The notes under the pieces: model-generated
Databases searched by the model: none
The model's input: the letters and a program-made list of their open reading frames with translations, nothing else
Told to the model about the DNA's origin: nothing
Source: Candidatus Saccharimonadota bacterium
Lineage (GTDB): Bacteria; Patescibacteriota; Saccharimonadia; Saccharimonadales; Saccharimonadaceae
Direction of reading: 5' to 3'
DNA: 64,000 nucleotides
Assembly (NCBI GenBank): GCA_017514025.1
Contig: JAFWLB010000002.1
Coordinates: forward strand, 62,346-126,345
Shown here: positions 9,601 through 17,744 of the stretch, in pieces
How the letters are laid out: each line of letters starts with the position of its first letter
Position numbering within the stretch: the stretch's first letter is position 1
Translations under genes and position numbers: made by a program

Positions 9601-10391
9601 TGATCAATAATCTCTTCGGCGGGAATAACATGGAGATCGTAATCTTTCAAAGTCATGCGTTTGGTATCGGAAAGGTTAGCGGCAGTGCCGATACATAGCA
9701 GGACTTCGTGAGCGTCTTGATCTTCCTTTTTGAGATAGTGAGCATCGCAGGTGACGACGATAGGCAAATTTAATTCTTTGGCGTGGGCCATGTGCCAATC
9801 GTTGACCTTTTTTTGCTCTTCTGAGTGAGTAGAAGATTTAGGGTGGCCGTGGTCTTGCATTTCTAAATAAAAACGATCCTTGAACACGTTGCGATACCAA
9901 TCGATTAATTCAAGGGCCCTGGCATCGTCGCCAGCGCGGATGGCTTCGGAAATTTCGGAACCCATACAACCAGAGAGACAGATGATGCCTTCGTTGTATT
10001 TTTTGAGTTCATCGTGGTCGGTACGAGGTTTGTAATATTTGCCGTGCTCTTCGGAGTTGCTCATGATGCGGCAAAGATTTTCGTAGCCTTGATTGTTCAT
10101 GGCAATTAAGGTGATATGGAAACGTTGTTTGTCGTGAGCAGGGTCTTTGTCGGTCATTTTGCGGGCAGCAACATAAGCCTCTAAGCCGAGTAGAGGCTTA
10201 ATGCCGTTCGCGTTGCACTCCTTGTAGAGCTCGACAAGGCCAGACATGGTGCCGTGGTCAGTGATAGCGACAGCTTCCATGCCGTCTTGTTTGACGAATT
10301 GGACGAGTTCGGGGATTTTAGTGAGGCCGTCAAGAAGCGAGTAGTGAGTATGGTTGTGCAAGTGCACAAAATCACTAGGCTTTAATTTCAT
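6663..10391 (-). CDS. dnaE: DNA polymerase III alpha subunit
   Basis: PHP HLHNHTHYSLLDG, GPGRGSAAGS, PDIDTD, LKMDFLGL, FNKSHAA, C-terminal OB fold. Confidence 0.99.
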   Translation of the reverse strand: MKLKPSDFVHLHNHTHYSLLDGLTKIPELVQFVKQDGMEAVAITDHGTMSGLVELYKECNANGIKPLLGLEAYVAARKMTDKDPAHDKQRFHITLIAMNNQGYENLCRIMSNSEEHGKYYKPRTDHDELKKYNEGIICLSGCMGSEISEAIRAGDDARALELIDWYRNVFKDRFYLEMQDHGHPKSSTHSEEQKKVNDWHMAHAKELNLPIVVTCDAHYLKKEDQDAHEVLLCIGTAANLSDTKRMTLKDYDLHVIPAEEIIDHWQETCPEAVLNTKKLADRCHVDLQLGRILIPKFPVPDGEDEKTYLDKLVFQGLVHRYANKKLEEVTDLSIKDCRKLLEKVDKDRDDDHKVLPRIDYELSVVDKMGYNGYFLIVQDFINWGKSNRIVYGPGRGSAAGSILAYALRITELDPLKYDLLFERFLNPDRISMPDIDTDIQDTRRDEVIEYCTQKYGIERVSNITTFGKMMAKNAVRDVARVLEVPYAEADRLAKMVPDPVMGRHVHLKDAIKEVPDLKQEYETNPTAKEVIDFASRLEGTIRNHGVHACGVIIAPDDLVKFLPLEVSAKGPIAAQFPMGQVEELGLLKMDFLGLSNLSVINNALRMIRKVYHDDIDLSNLPLDDKKTYELLQRAETTGVFQLESAGMKRYLRDLKASTFEDIIAMVALYRPGPMQFIDSFIRRKHGQEKITYLHPGLEQALSNTYGILIYQEQFMQISRSWCGFTGGQADTLRKAVGKKKIDLMNKVKPEFIEGAIKVGGATKEIAETFWDQLLDFANYCFNKSHAACYALIAYWTAYLKAHYPDAFMAALMTADMRWTDRLAIEIAECKKMGLKVLGPDVNESYGDFGIVGGENTIRFGLSGIKNMGKSLVEDIVIPERDKNGPFKSVCDFAKRVDSTKFNKKSWESAIKTGAFDRFGNTRSDLLFNLEAVQAYGTKIQKDVGSGQTDLFGLMGEAGAVPEVEIKPAPAQYPEKEQLLWERDLMGLYLSAHPLDKYDTYFEEQTHPISYVKAEYNNKLITVGGIITSKREILTKKGDKMAFVKIENKTDETEFIVFPSVFAEHGAKLEVDNVVRVKGKVNATDKNGHITSDVKILAESIELISDDILENYQPTGTKLAAPATAPSSNRRRYGKSSAERVYAPSSNAGASASVAEEHRVIKDPPKDPRKERLYLLIKNPNDTETLAAIRRLADIYLGVQDVVLVIKEGEEKRALKMPFRVEASADLLTKLKDLLGEECVKTK

Positions 10392-10609
10392 TTTTTCTCG
10401 CTAGTTTTCTTTGGGGTGGATTTCTTTTCTGTTTTTGGTTCAGCTTTAGGCGTGGTCTTTTCGACCTCGACTTCTAGTTCCTCTTTGTCTTCTTCTGCGT
10501 CGCCAAATTTGATAAATTTGCTGGCGATGGCGCCAACTGCTGCACCTAGGGCGGCGCCGAGGAAGAATTTGCCTACACCGCTTTTATTTTTTTCCGCTTT
10601 TTCCGTCAT
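10388..10609 (-). CDS. Small YtxH-like membrane-anchored protein
   Basis: 'GKFFLGAALGAAVGAIAS' then charged low-complexity tail; start at MTEKAE. Confidence 0.65.
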   Translation of the reverse strand: MTEKAEKNKSGVGKFFLGAALGAAVGAIASKFIKFGDAEEDKEELEVEVEKTTPKAEPKTEKKSTPKKTSEKK

Positions 10610-10883
10610 CTGCTTTCTCCTTTGTTTCTTTAAGTTTACTTTTGAGTTTGGGATTAACATATTTATCCACAAACATCTCTACCGTCCCACCGATCGAAGT
10701 CATGCCCCTGACATTATTGACGATGCCGTTGGCGTTTTTGGCAATATCTTGGCTTTCGACAATAACTTTTTCGGCTTCATTTGACAGATTGATAAGTTTG
10801 ATAATTAAGATTATGCCTACGATTAAAAACACCAGTAGCGTGATGCTAAGAATCGCTACGATAATCCATTCTGCTACGTTCAT
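10584..10883 (-). CDS. Small single-TM coiled-coil protein (DUF948-like)
   Basis: N-terminal TM plus amphipathic helix; AGGAGG SD upstream; adjacent to YtxH-like gene as in Firmicutes. Confidence 0.6.
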   Translation of the reverse strand: MNVAEWIIVAILSITLLVFLIVGIILIIKLINLSNEAEKVIVESQDIAKNANGIVNNVRGMTSIGGTVEMFVDKYVNPKLKSKLKETKEKADDGKSGKK

Positions 10884-10901
10884 ATGATTTCCTCCTTTGT
10901 T

Positions 10902-11771
10902 TTATTGTATCATTTTTTTAATCTCATCGCCATAGTCGGTCTCGCGTAGGACGTATTCGAGGTGAGCCATGAAGTAATTTTTGGGGTCACCGGTGGTAAT
11001 CCATTTGCCTTGGCTTTTGGCAATGTAAACTTCGCCACGTTCAGCAAGTTTGGTAATGGCGTCAACAGTCCAGAGTTCACCATCGAGACCAGTGTTTTTG
11101 GGAATGAGATGATCGAAAACTTCAGGAGTAAGCAGATAGCGGCCATAGCTGGTAAGATTGCTGGGAGAAAGTTCGGGGGCTTGAGGCTTTTCGACGATAT
11201 GGCTCAAGGTGCCATCGTCTTTTAAAGCAATCATGCCGTATTTGTGCCAAGTTTCTTCGGGCATTTCTTGAGCAGTAATGACGGCTTTAGCGTCAGGGTG
11301 TTTTTGGTATTCGTCGATAAGGGTTTTAACATCGCTAGAGCCGAGGATAAGATCGTCGCTATATAATACTACAAAAGCCGTCTCGTCTTGAACAAAATTT
11401 TTAGCCGAGACAATGGGCGAGCCGTTGCCATAAGGCAAAGCTGGGTCTTGTTCGATGACGGTAATTTTAGGAAAGTCTAAAACCTCTTGTACTGGTTCGA
11501 AACGTTGGCTTTTGCCTTGTTGATCGAGAAGTTTTTTAACATTTTCAGCCGGATTGTGGAAGTAGTCATCGTAGATTTCTTTGGATTTGGTGTTGGGAGT
11601 GGCAACGATGATGATTTCTTCGATGCCAGCCTTAACACATTCCTCGACGCAAAGTTGCATAACGGGCTTAGCGCCGATGGGAATCATGGCTTTGGGGATA
11701 GTTTTAGTGATAGGTAAATACCGGCTAGCAAAACCAGCGTCGGTGATAATGGCTTTTTTGACTGGTGTCAT
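10902..11771 (-). CDS. galU: UTP-glucose-1-phosphate uridylyltransferase-like nucleotidyltransferase
   Basis: KKAII..AG..SRYLPITK.IPKAM, YGNG, VEKP, GRYLL, TDA-like motifs. Confidence 0.85.
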   Translation of the reverse strand: MTPVKKAIITDAGFASRYLPITKTIPKAMIPIGAKPVMQLCVEECVKAGIEEIIIVATPNTKSKEIYDDYFHNPAENVKKLLDQQGKSQRFEPVQEVLDFPKITVIEQDPALPYGNGSPIVSAKNFVQDETAFVVLYSDDLILGSSDVKTLIDEYQKHPDAKAVITAQEMPEETWHKYGMIALKDDGTLSHIVEKPQAPELSPSNLTSYGRYLLTPEVFDHLIPKNTGLDGELWTVDAITKLAERGEVYIAKSQGKWITTGDPKNYFMAHLEYVLRETDYGDEIKKMIQ

Positions 11772-11804
11772 AATAAGATCTCCTTGAGATTTAATTATAG
11801 CATA

Positions 11805-13442
11805 TTAAGACGCGGATGTCTGCAATTCTTGGATTTCGTGGAGGAGAGCGTCGTAGTTTTCGTCGTCTTCATCCAGATCGGCGAGTTGTTCGGAAAGAGT
11901 GCGGATTTGGTGTTGATTTAATTCCCTGTTGTAGCGAGTAAGAAGTTCGGCGGCTTCACGTTCTAGGTTGGTATTGTCTACTTCGTGTTCGCGGTTGAAA
12001 ATAAGTTCGAGTTCGGCAAGGCGGGTGTCGTCGTCGGGAATTTCGAGAGGAATTTTGGTAGTAGTGACTCCGCCGAAAATTTTGAGAGCTAAGAGACTGT
12101 TTTCGAGTTGGGTTAATTTGTCGGGTTTAGTGGCGGTGGTTTTGGGTTTTTTGAGGTAGCGCTTGGGTCTAACGGCGAGTTTTTGGTCGAGGCGATCACC
12201 TTTTTCGCGGAGGACTTTAACATCAACACCTAATTTACGGGCAACTTTTTCTTCATAGGTAGCGCGTTCGACTTCGTCTTTAATATAGCTGAGAAGTTTG
12301 AGGGCAATATCGGAATATTTGCGCTTGTCGGGAGCGGAGTTTAGATTTAGATTTTCTTCGTATTTTTGAAGAAGCCATTCGACGGCCGGAATGGACTTTT
12401 CGACGGCTTTTTGCCAGAGAGCAGGGTCTTTCTGGATGAGTTCATCTGGGTCTTTGGCGCCGTGATAGTCGGAGATGACGGTGAGATCAATGCCGAGATC
12501 ACCGGCCATCATGATGGCGCGCTCGGTGGCTTTGACGCCAGCTGCGTCGCCGTCATAGGCGAGACGGATGTCAGAAGTGAGGTTGCTGAGAGCTTTGAGA
12601 TGATACCCAGTCATGGCGGTACCAGAAGTAGCAACGGCTTCCTGCACGCCAGCTTGGTGGGAAGAAATTACATCCATGTTGCCTTCAACGATGACTACGT
12701 AACCACTGCGACGAATAGCTGCTTTGGCTTGATAGAGGCCAAAAATAAATTTGGATTTGTTAAAGAGGATAGTCTCGGGGGTGTTGAGATATTTTGGTTC
12801 GGATTTATCGAGGACGCGGGCGGTGAAACCGATAACGTTGCCAGTGGTGTCGATGAAGGGGACGGTCATGCGGTTGCGGAACAGGTCGCCTTTGAAACGA
12901 TTAAGGAGACCGGCGGCGTCGAGCTCCGCCTCAGTAAAACCACGCCTGGTCAGAGCTTTGACCATGTCTTTGCCGCTGGGAGGAGCGTAGCCGATTTGGA
13001 AAGTTTTGACGGTGTTGCGATTGAGATTTCGATTGTAAAAAACGTATTCACAAACTTTTTTGCTATGAGCGAGGCAAGCCTGATAATAGCGAGCGGCGAG
13101 AGTGAGAGCCTCGCGGGCACGAATTTTGCGCTCGGCAACTTTTTTATCTCCGCCCTGATATTTGGTGAGCTCAACGCCGGCTTGAGCGGCTAATTTTTCT
13201 AGAGCTTCTTTGAAACCAATGCCTTCGACTTCCATGATAAAAGTAAAGATATCGCCGCCTTTGTTGGCAGAAAAGTCGTGCCAGATGCCTTTTTCGGGTG
13301 AAACCATGAAACTGGGGGTTTTATCAACTCCCCAAGGAGAGCGCCCTTTAAGATTGCGGCCGGCACGTTTTAATTCTATGTATTGTCCTACCACATCTTC
13401 CACCGCCAGACGGGATTTTATTTCGTCTTTAGCGTCTTGCAT
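11805..13442 (-). CDS. dnaG: DNA primase
   Basis: N-terminal zinc-finger-like region lacking canonical Cys (GRSPW..DKTPSF...WHDFS), KYLNTPET, TOPRIM VEGNMDV / YDGDAAG, KDPDE. Confidence 0.97.
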   Translation of the reverse strand: MQDAKDEIKSRLAVEDVVGQYIELKRAGRNLKGRSPWGVDKTPSFMVSPEKGIWHDFSANKGGDIFTFIMEVEGIGFKEALEKLAAQAGVELTKYQGGDKKVAERKIRAREALTLAARYYQACLAHSKKVCEYVFYNRNLNRNTVKTFQIGYAPPSGKDMVKALTRRGFTEAELDAAGLLNRFKGDLFRNRMTVPFIDTTGNVIGFTARVLDKSEPKYLNTPETILFNKSKFIFGLYQAKAAIRRSGYVVIVEGNMDVISSHQAGVQEAVATSGTAMTGYHLKALSNLTSDIRLAYDGDAAGVKATERAIMMAGDLGIDLTVISDYHGAKDPDELIQKDPALWQKAVEKSIPAVEWLLQKYEENLNLNSAPDKRKYSDIALKLLSYIKDEVERATYEEKVARKLGVDVKVLREKGDRLDQKLAVRPKRYLKKPKTTATKPDKLTQLENSLLALKIFGGVTTTKIPLEIPDDDTRLAELELIFNREHEVDNTNLEREAAELLTRYNRELNQHQIRTLSEQLADLDEDDENYDALLHEIQELQTSAS

Positions 13443-13463
13443 ATGATATAATTATATCATATG
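13440..13463. promoter_or_regulatory. Perfect 24-bp palindrome forming two overlapping divergent extended -10 promoters
   Basis: CATATGATATAATTATATCATATG is self-complementary and ends in the start codons of dnaG (-) and the 13461 gene (+); each strand reads TGATATAAT-N8-ATG. Confidence 0.8.
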
Positions 13464-14090
13464 GACGGGCAACAATATTTGGATCAGATTTCAAATGCAA
13501 ATGCACCTAAAAAAGCCAAACCGGCCAATAAACGGGGCATTTTGCATAATAAATTCTTTATTGTGGGGATGATTGGAGTGGGGCTTTTGCTTTTGATTGT
13601 GATTTTGGGGGCGATATTGGGTGGTGGTAAGGATGGCGAAAAAAGTTTGAGCAGTAAGCTATATCTACATCTGGATGGCACGGCAGCGGCAATTCAAGAA
13701 TATCAGAATTATGTGCGGTCTTCGGATTTGCGTTCGAGTAGTGCTTCGTTGTACGGGGTGTTGACGGATACGTCTAGTGGGTTGGAGAAATATTTGACCG
13801 AAAAGTATGATATCAAAAAGGTGAAAGATACTGATAAAAAATTACAGGAAAAGGCCACTGCGGCAAAAGATGAGCTGACTGGCGAATTATTTGAGGCGAA
13901 GATAAATGGGATTTTGGACAGGACGTTTGCGCATAAGATGGCTTATGAGATTTCGATTATCAAGGCGGAAGAATCTGAGCTTTATAATAAAACAAATAGC
14001 GAGGTTTTGAAGGAAGTACTAAATAAATCGCATGAGAGTCTGACGAATTTGTATGATAAGTTTAATGATTTTTCGGAAACTAAAAATTAA
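13461..14090 (+). CDS. Hypothetical membrane-anchored helical protein
   Basis: 209 aa, one N-terminal TM, natural codon pattern, promoter directly upstream. Confidence 0.75.
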   Translation: MDGQQYLDQISNANAPKKAKPANKRGILHNKFFIVGMIGVGLLLLIVILGAILGGGKDGEKSLSSKLYLHLDGTAAAIQEYQNYVRSSDLRSSSASLYGVLTDTSSGLEKYLTEKYDIKKVKDTDKKLQEKATAAKDELTGELFEAKINGILDRTFAHKMAYEISIIKAEESELYNKTNSEVLKEVLNKSHESLTNLYDKFNDFSETKN

Positions 14091-14119
14091 TTTACGGCGG
14101 TGAGCCAGAAAGGAGCCAA

Positions 14120-14527
14120 ATGGCAAAATCAGAAGAGGTGGAAAAACTTAAAAACAAGCAAGGGCTGAAGGAAGAGTTTATCGAATTCATCAACCGAGGG
14201 TCGATGATTGACCTCGCGGTAGGTGTGGCCGTAGGTGGAGCGTTTACGGCAATTGTTAATTCCCTGGTGAATGACATTGTGATGCCGATTGTAGGGCTAC
14301 TACTGGGTGGTGTGGACTTTACGAGTCTCGCGATCCGGATACCGAATTTCTTTGGGACTGGTGATGAAGCGGTAATTGCATATGGCAACTTTATCCAGAC
14401 AGCAGTAGAGTTCTTGGTGATTGCGTGGGTAATCTTTATGGTGATCAAGGCAATGAACCGGATGAACCGGCGACGTGATAAGCTGGCGGCAAAAAAGGCC
14501 GAAAAAAAGCCCGAAAAGAAAAAGTAA
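14120..14527 (+). CDS. mscL: Large-conductance mechanosensitive channel
   Basis: EF.EFINRGSMIDLAVGV..G.AF..IV.SLV.DI.MP; YG.FI...V.FL.IA. Confidence 0.96.
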   Translation: MAKSEEVEKLKNKQGLKEEFIEFINRGSMIDLAVGVAVGGAFTAIVNSLVNDIVMPIVGLLLGGVDFTSLAIRIPNFFGTGDEAVIAYGNFIQTAVEFLVIAWVIFMVIKAMNRMNRRRDKLAAKKAEKKPEKKK

Positions 14528-14528
14528 T

Positions 14529-14816
14529 TTAGCTGGTAAGATTGTAGCTTAAGCGAACTAGGTCGGCTAGTTCGCTTTGGTTTAGTTGTCCGGCTAGGAC
14601 AATTTCGATACCGCCGCGGCCGAAGTAACGAGATTCCATGATGGACTCGTATTTTTCTTTAAGATGGGCTGCGAGTTTAGTGTCGCAGCGGATTTCGATG
14701 GTGTTTTTATGGGCGACAAGAAAGACTTTTTCGTTTTTGAAATACAGGGTGCGGTCTTGGGCGGTTTTTAAAGTGTAGTTGCCAAGACCAGTTATTTTAG
14801 AAAGGTCAAATACCAT
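14529..14816 (-). CDS. MmcQ/YjbR-like small protein
   Basis: 'KVFL...IEIRCD..LA..LKEKYESI..SRY...IEIVL...L...ELADLVRLSYNL' pattern. Confidence 0.65.
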   Translation of the reverse strand: MVFDLSKITGLGNYTLKTAQDRTLYFKNEKVFLVAHKNTIEIRCDTKLAAHLKEKYESIMESRYFGRGGIEIVLAGQLNQSELADLVRLSYNLTS

Positions 14817-15316
14817 TTGAACTCCTCTATGCTGCCGTTGATGTCATCTAGGGCGCGATGGTTTTCGGGTTTGGTGAACTTTTTGCTTTTGGCGTTTTCG
14901 AAATAAATTTTCCAGGCGGAGACATCGAGCATGCGGTAATGAAGTTTGCTGTTTAGCTTCGGCATTTCGCGTTCGATGAATTTGCGATCTTGATGGATGG
15001 AGTTGCCAGCGAGATAAATTTCTTTGCCGAAATGCTGGTCGATGAATTGGAGTAGTTCCCTTTCGACTTGTTCTAGGGGTTGGCCGTTTTGATTCTGAGC
15101 AATGAGAGCGTCGCGAGTTTTTTGGTTTTGCTCCCAGAATTTGCCGACCATGCGGTCTTTGATGGTTTGGTCGTCGACTTTAATGATTGCTTGGTATTCG
15201 GCGATTTGGTTTAAGTTCATGTCGGTGGCGATGGCGGCGACTTCGAGGATTTTGTCTTTGGCGGGATCGAGGCCGGTCATTTCGAGGTCAATCCAGAGTA
15301 ATTTGGCTTTTTTCAT
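14792..15316 (-). CDS. orn: Oligoribonuclease (DEDDh)
   Basis: LLWIDLEMTGLD, AGNSIHQDRKF, LHYRMLDVS, HRALDDI. Confidence 0.96.
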   Translation of the reverse strand: MKKAKLLWIDLEMTGLDPAKDKILEVAAIATDMNLNQIAEYQAIIKVDDQTIKDRMVGKFWEQNQKTRDALIAQNQNGQPLEQVERELLQFIDQHFGKEIYLAGNSIHQDRKFIEREMPKLNSKLHYRMLDVSAWKIYFENAKSKKFTKPENHRALDDINGSIEEFKWYLTFLK

Positions 15317-15317
15317 A

Positions 15318-16952
15318 TTACATTTCCTCCGGGATGCCGATGTTTAAGATTTTTAAGCCGTGAGTTATGACGTCTAGATAAACCTGAACAAGTTTTTTAC
15401 GTTCGGACTCTTCGGGCGAGCCAGCAACAGGGCAATGTTCGTAAAAGCGGCTGAATTCTTGCGCCAGTTCGTAGAGGTAATTTGCAAGTTTATGCGGCGC
15501 CATCTCGGTGACAGCTTCTGATAATATGCTCTTATATTCAATGATTTTCTTAGATAATAATTTTTCGTAATTATTATATGTGTAATTTTTTATTCCTTGA
15601 TTATTTTTAATTTTAGATAAGATTTTTTTGGCGCGGACGGCGGAATAGAGGAGATACGGGCCGGAATTGCCGGTCATTTTGACAGATTCCTTAGGATCGA
15701 AAATGATATTGCCACCCATTTTATATTTGAGGAAAGCGTATTTAGTAGCGGCGAGGGAGACGGTTTCGTCGGTGGAATTATATTGTTCCTTTAGTTCGGC
15801 TTTGACCATGTCGAGAACGTCGACGGCTTTAAGGAAATTGCCCTTCCGGGAGGACATTTTGACGTTGCCGGGAAGTTTGACGAGTCCGTGAGTAAGGTGG
15901 GCAGTCCTTTCGACCAGCTCTGGGGCGTATTGTTCGATGGATTTGAGCACGACTTTCATATATTCAAGCTGCTCGCTGCCCGTGATGACAATGGATTTGT
16001 CGAAGTGATAATCTTGCCACTTAGTGAAAATCAAACCGACGTCTTTGGTTTCGTAGGTGGGGACGCCTTCGCGGTTGATGAAGACGCGAGTGTGGAGGCC
16101 GAATTTTTCGCCATCAAAGATGACGGCGCCGTCGGACATTTGATAAACACCGTTTTCTAGCTGTTCCTTGACCGTCTTGAGACCGAGAGCGGCGACGGTA
16201 GATTCGGGATAAAACTTATCAAATTTGAGGCCGATGCTGGCGTAAAAGGCTTTGAAATAATCATAAGATAGTTCCCTGCCGCGCCAATATAAGTCGGCAA
16301 TTTTAGTGCCATGGATATCGGCGGCATTGATTTTATAAATCTCCTTGTTGAGTTTGGTGATTTCTTCGTGGGCTTTTTTATCGTCTTCGTAGGCGGCGGT
16401 GCCTTCGACGTAGCACTGAGCGATATCTTCGATGGTGAGAGTATCGGGGTCTTTTCGCCCTAAAATATACATGGTTTTGGCGACGTGAAGACCGACATCG
16501 CCACCAAAATTAGCACGAATGACTTTGGCGCTAGCGTATTCATACAGTCGGCTGATGGCGTCACCAACAACGGAGGTGTAGAGGTGGCCGACGTGGAGAA
16601 CTTTGAAAGGGTTAGGATCGGAAAATTCACAGATTACTGTTTTGCCTTTGTATTCGTCTGATGATATGTTTTTTTCAAAATCGTTATTCAATTTTGCAAT
16701 TTGTTCGTTTAGATATTCGTCTGGAAGAATAAAATTCAGAAAGCCAGGTGCGCTTGCGAAAGCTTCCAATTGCGCACTAAGCTCCTCGGCTATTTCTATA
16801 GGGGGCTTATGCAATTCTTTGGCGAGTTTTAAGGGGGCGTTGGTGGAGTAGTCGGCAGCGATGTTGGCGGGAGAAGGGGTAATTTCGGGGTCAAAATCAA
16901 GGTCGTAGAGATTTTGAATAACTTTTTTAAGATTGGCCTGGATTTCTTGCAT
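15318..16952 (-). CDS. argS: Arginine--tRNA ligase
   Basis: EFSDPNPFK.LHVGH (HIGH), KMSSRKG, GNSGPYLLY, L..LAQEFSRFYE. Start at 16952, 6 nt below TGGTATAAT. Confidence 0.97.
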   Translation of the reverse strand: MQEIQANLKKVIQNLYDLDFDPEITPSPANIAADYSTNAPLKLAKELHKPPIEIAEELSAQLEAFASAPGFLNFILPDEYLNEQIAKLNNDFEKNISSDEYKGKTVICEFSDPNPFKVLHVGHLYTSVVGDAISRLYEYASAKVIRANFGGDVGLHVAKTMYILGRKDPDTLTIEDIAQCYVEGTAAYEDDKKAHEEITKLNKEIYKINAADIHGTKIADLYWRGRELSYDYFKAFYASIGLKFDKFYPESTVAALGLKTVKEQLENGVYQMSDGAVIFDGEKFGLHTRVFINREGVPTYETKDVGLIFTKWQDYHFDKSIVITGSEQLEYMKVVLKSIEQYAPELVERTAHLTHGLVKLPGNVKMSSRKGNFLKAVDVLDMVKAELKEQYNSTDETVSLAATKYAFLKYKMGGNIIFDPKESVKMTGNSGPYLLYSAVRAKKILSKIKNNQGIKNYTYNNYEKLLSKKIIEYKSILSEAVTEMAPHKLANYLYELAQEFSRFYEHCPVAGSPEESERKKLVQVYLDVITHGLKILNIGIPEEM

Positions 16953-17001
16953 AAAATTATTATACCACAAAAATATCCCCTGTTAAAGGGGTTGGTGTGA
17001 G

Positions 17002-17114
17002 TTACTTTCTCTGGTGCGGGTACAGGGAGATTGCTCTCCCTGGGCCCCACTCCATAGAAACTAAAAACAACCACAAGTGGCTGTTTTTACTTTCTCTGGT
17101 GCGGGTACAGGGAG
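17002..17114 (-). repeat. 28-bp direct repeat (17002-17029 and 17087-17114) duplicating the tRNA-Gly 3' end and flank
   Basis: TTACTTTCTCTGGTGCGGGTACAGGGAG occurs twice 85 bp apart, separated by a terminator hairpin (17062-17089). Confidence 0.9.
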
Positions 17115-17171
17115 TCGGACCCTGGTCTCATCCTTGGGAAGGATACATAATAGCCGTTATACGATACCCGC
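17097..17171 (-). tRNA. tRNA-Gly (CCC)
   Basis: GCGGGTA...TATCC-TTCCCAA-GGATG...CAGGG-TCCGACT-CCCTG-TACCCGC-A-CCA; atypical T-loop TCCGACT. Confidence 0.92.
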
Positions 17172-17201
17172 AGGTTCTTTTGATGATTATATCACACTTT
17201 G

Positions 17202-17708
17202 TTAAACTTCGCTACCTTCCCCGTCAGTTTGAGCGTCTGACTGCATGGGATCGTTGGTGCCGGGGTCATCTATGCCGCTGGCGGTGTAGCCATCGTCGCG
17301 GCCAGAATTGTCGTCTACGGTGGTGCGATGGACGGGTTCGCTTGGGGCGGCAGCTGTTTGGGCTACTGGTTGGCTGGCGGAGGCAGGGGTGCTACGGGAG
17401 TAAGTAGCGTAGGCAGCTGTTTCGGCTGGTTCGGTGGAGGTGGGCTCTGGGGTAGATTCGGCGTTGGAGTCTGGGCTGGATTCGGCCTTGGTGGTGGCTT
17501 CTTCTGATGAAGAGGCCGGTTCAGAGTCTGCTTCGGCGATGATTTCGGTGTAATCTGGCAAATCTGCACCAACGTTAGTTTCGTGGTGGCTGAGGACGTT
17601 AATGAGATATGGGATAGCGATTAGAGCAACTACACCGATTAGCACACCAATGAAAATGATTCGTGCCTTGGCCTCTTTATCCATGAACTCCCAGAGATCT
17701 TTAACCAT
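17202..17708 (-). CDS. Hypothetical TM-anchored protein with Ser/Thr/Glu/Pro-rich disordered tail
   Basis: 168 aa, TM near the N-terminus; TGGTATAAT-N6-ATG promoter. Confidence 0.7.
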   Translation of the reverse strand: MVKDLWEFMDKEAKARIIFIGVLIGVVALIAIPYLINVLSHHETNVGADLPDYTEIIAEADSEPASSSEEATTKAESSPDSNAESTPEPTSTEPAETAAYATYSRSTPASASQPVAQTAAAPSEPVHRTTVDDNSGRDDGYTASGIDDPGTNDPMQSDAQTDGEGSEV

Positions 17709-17744
17709 AACTATATTATACCACGAATTGTGATTTTTTGCAAG

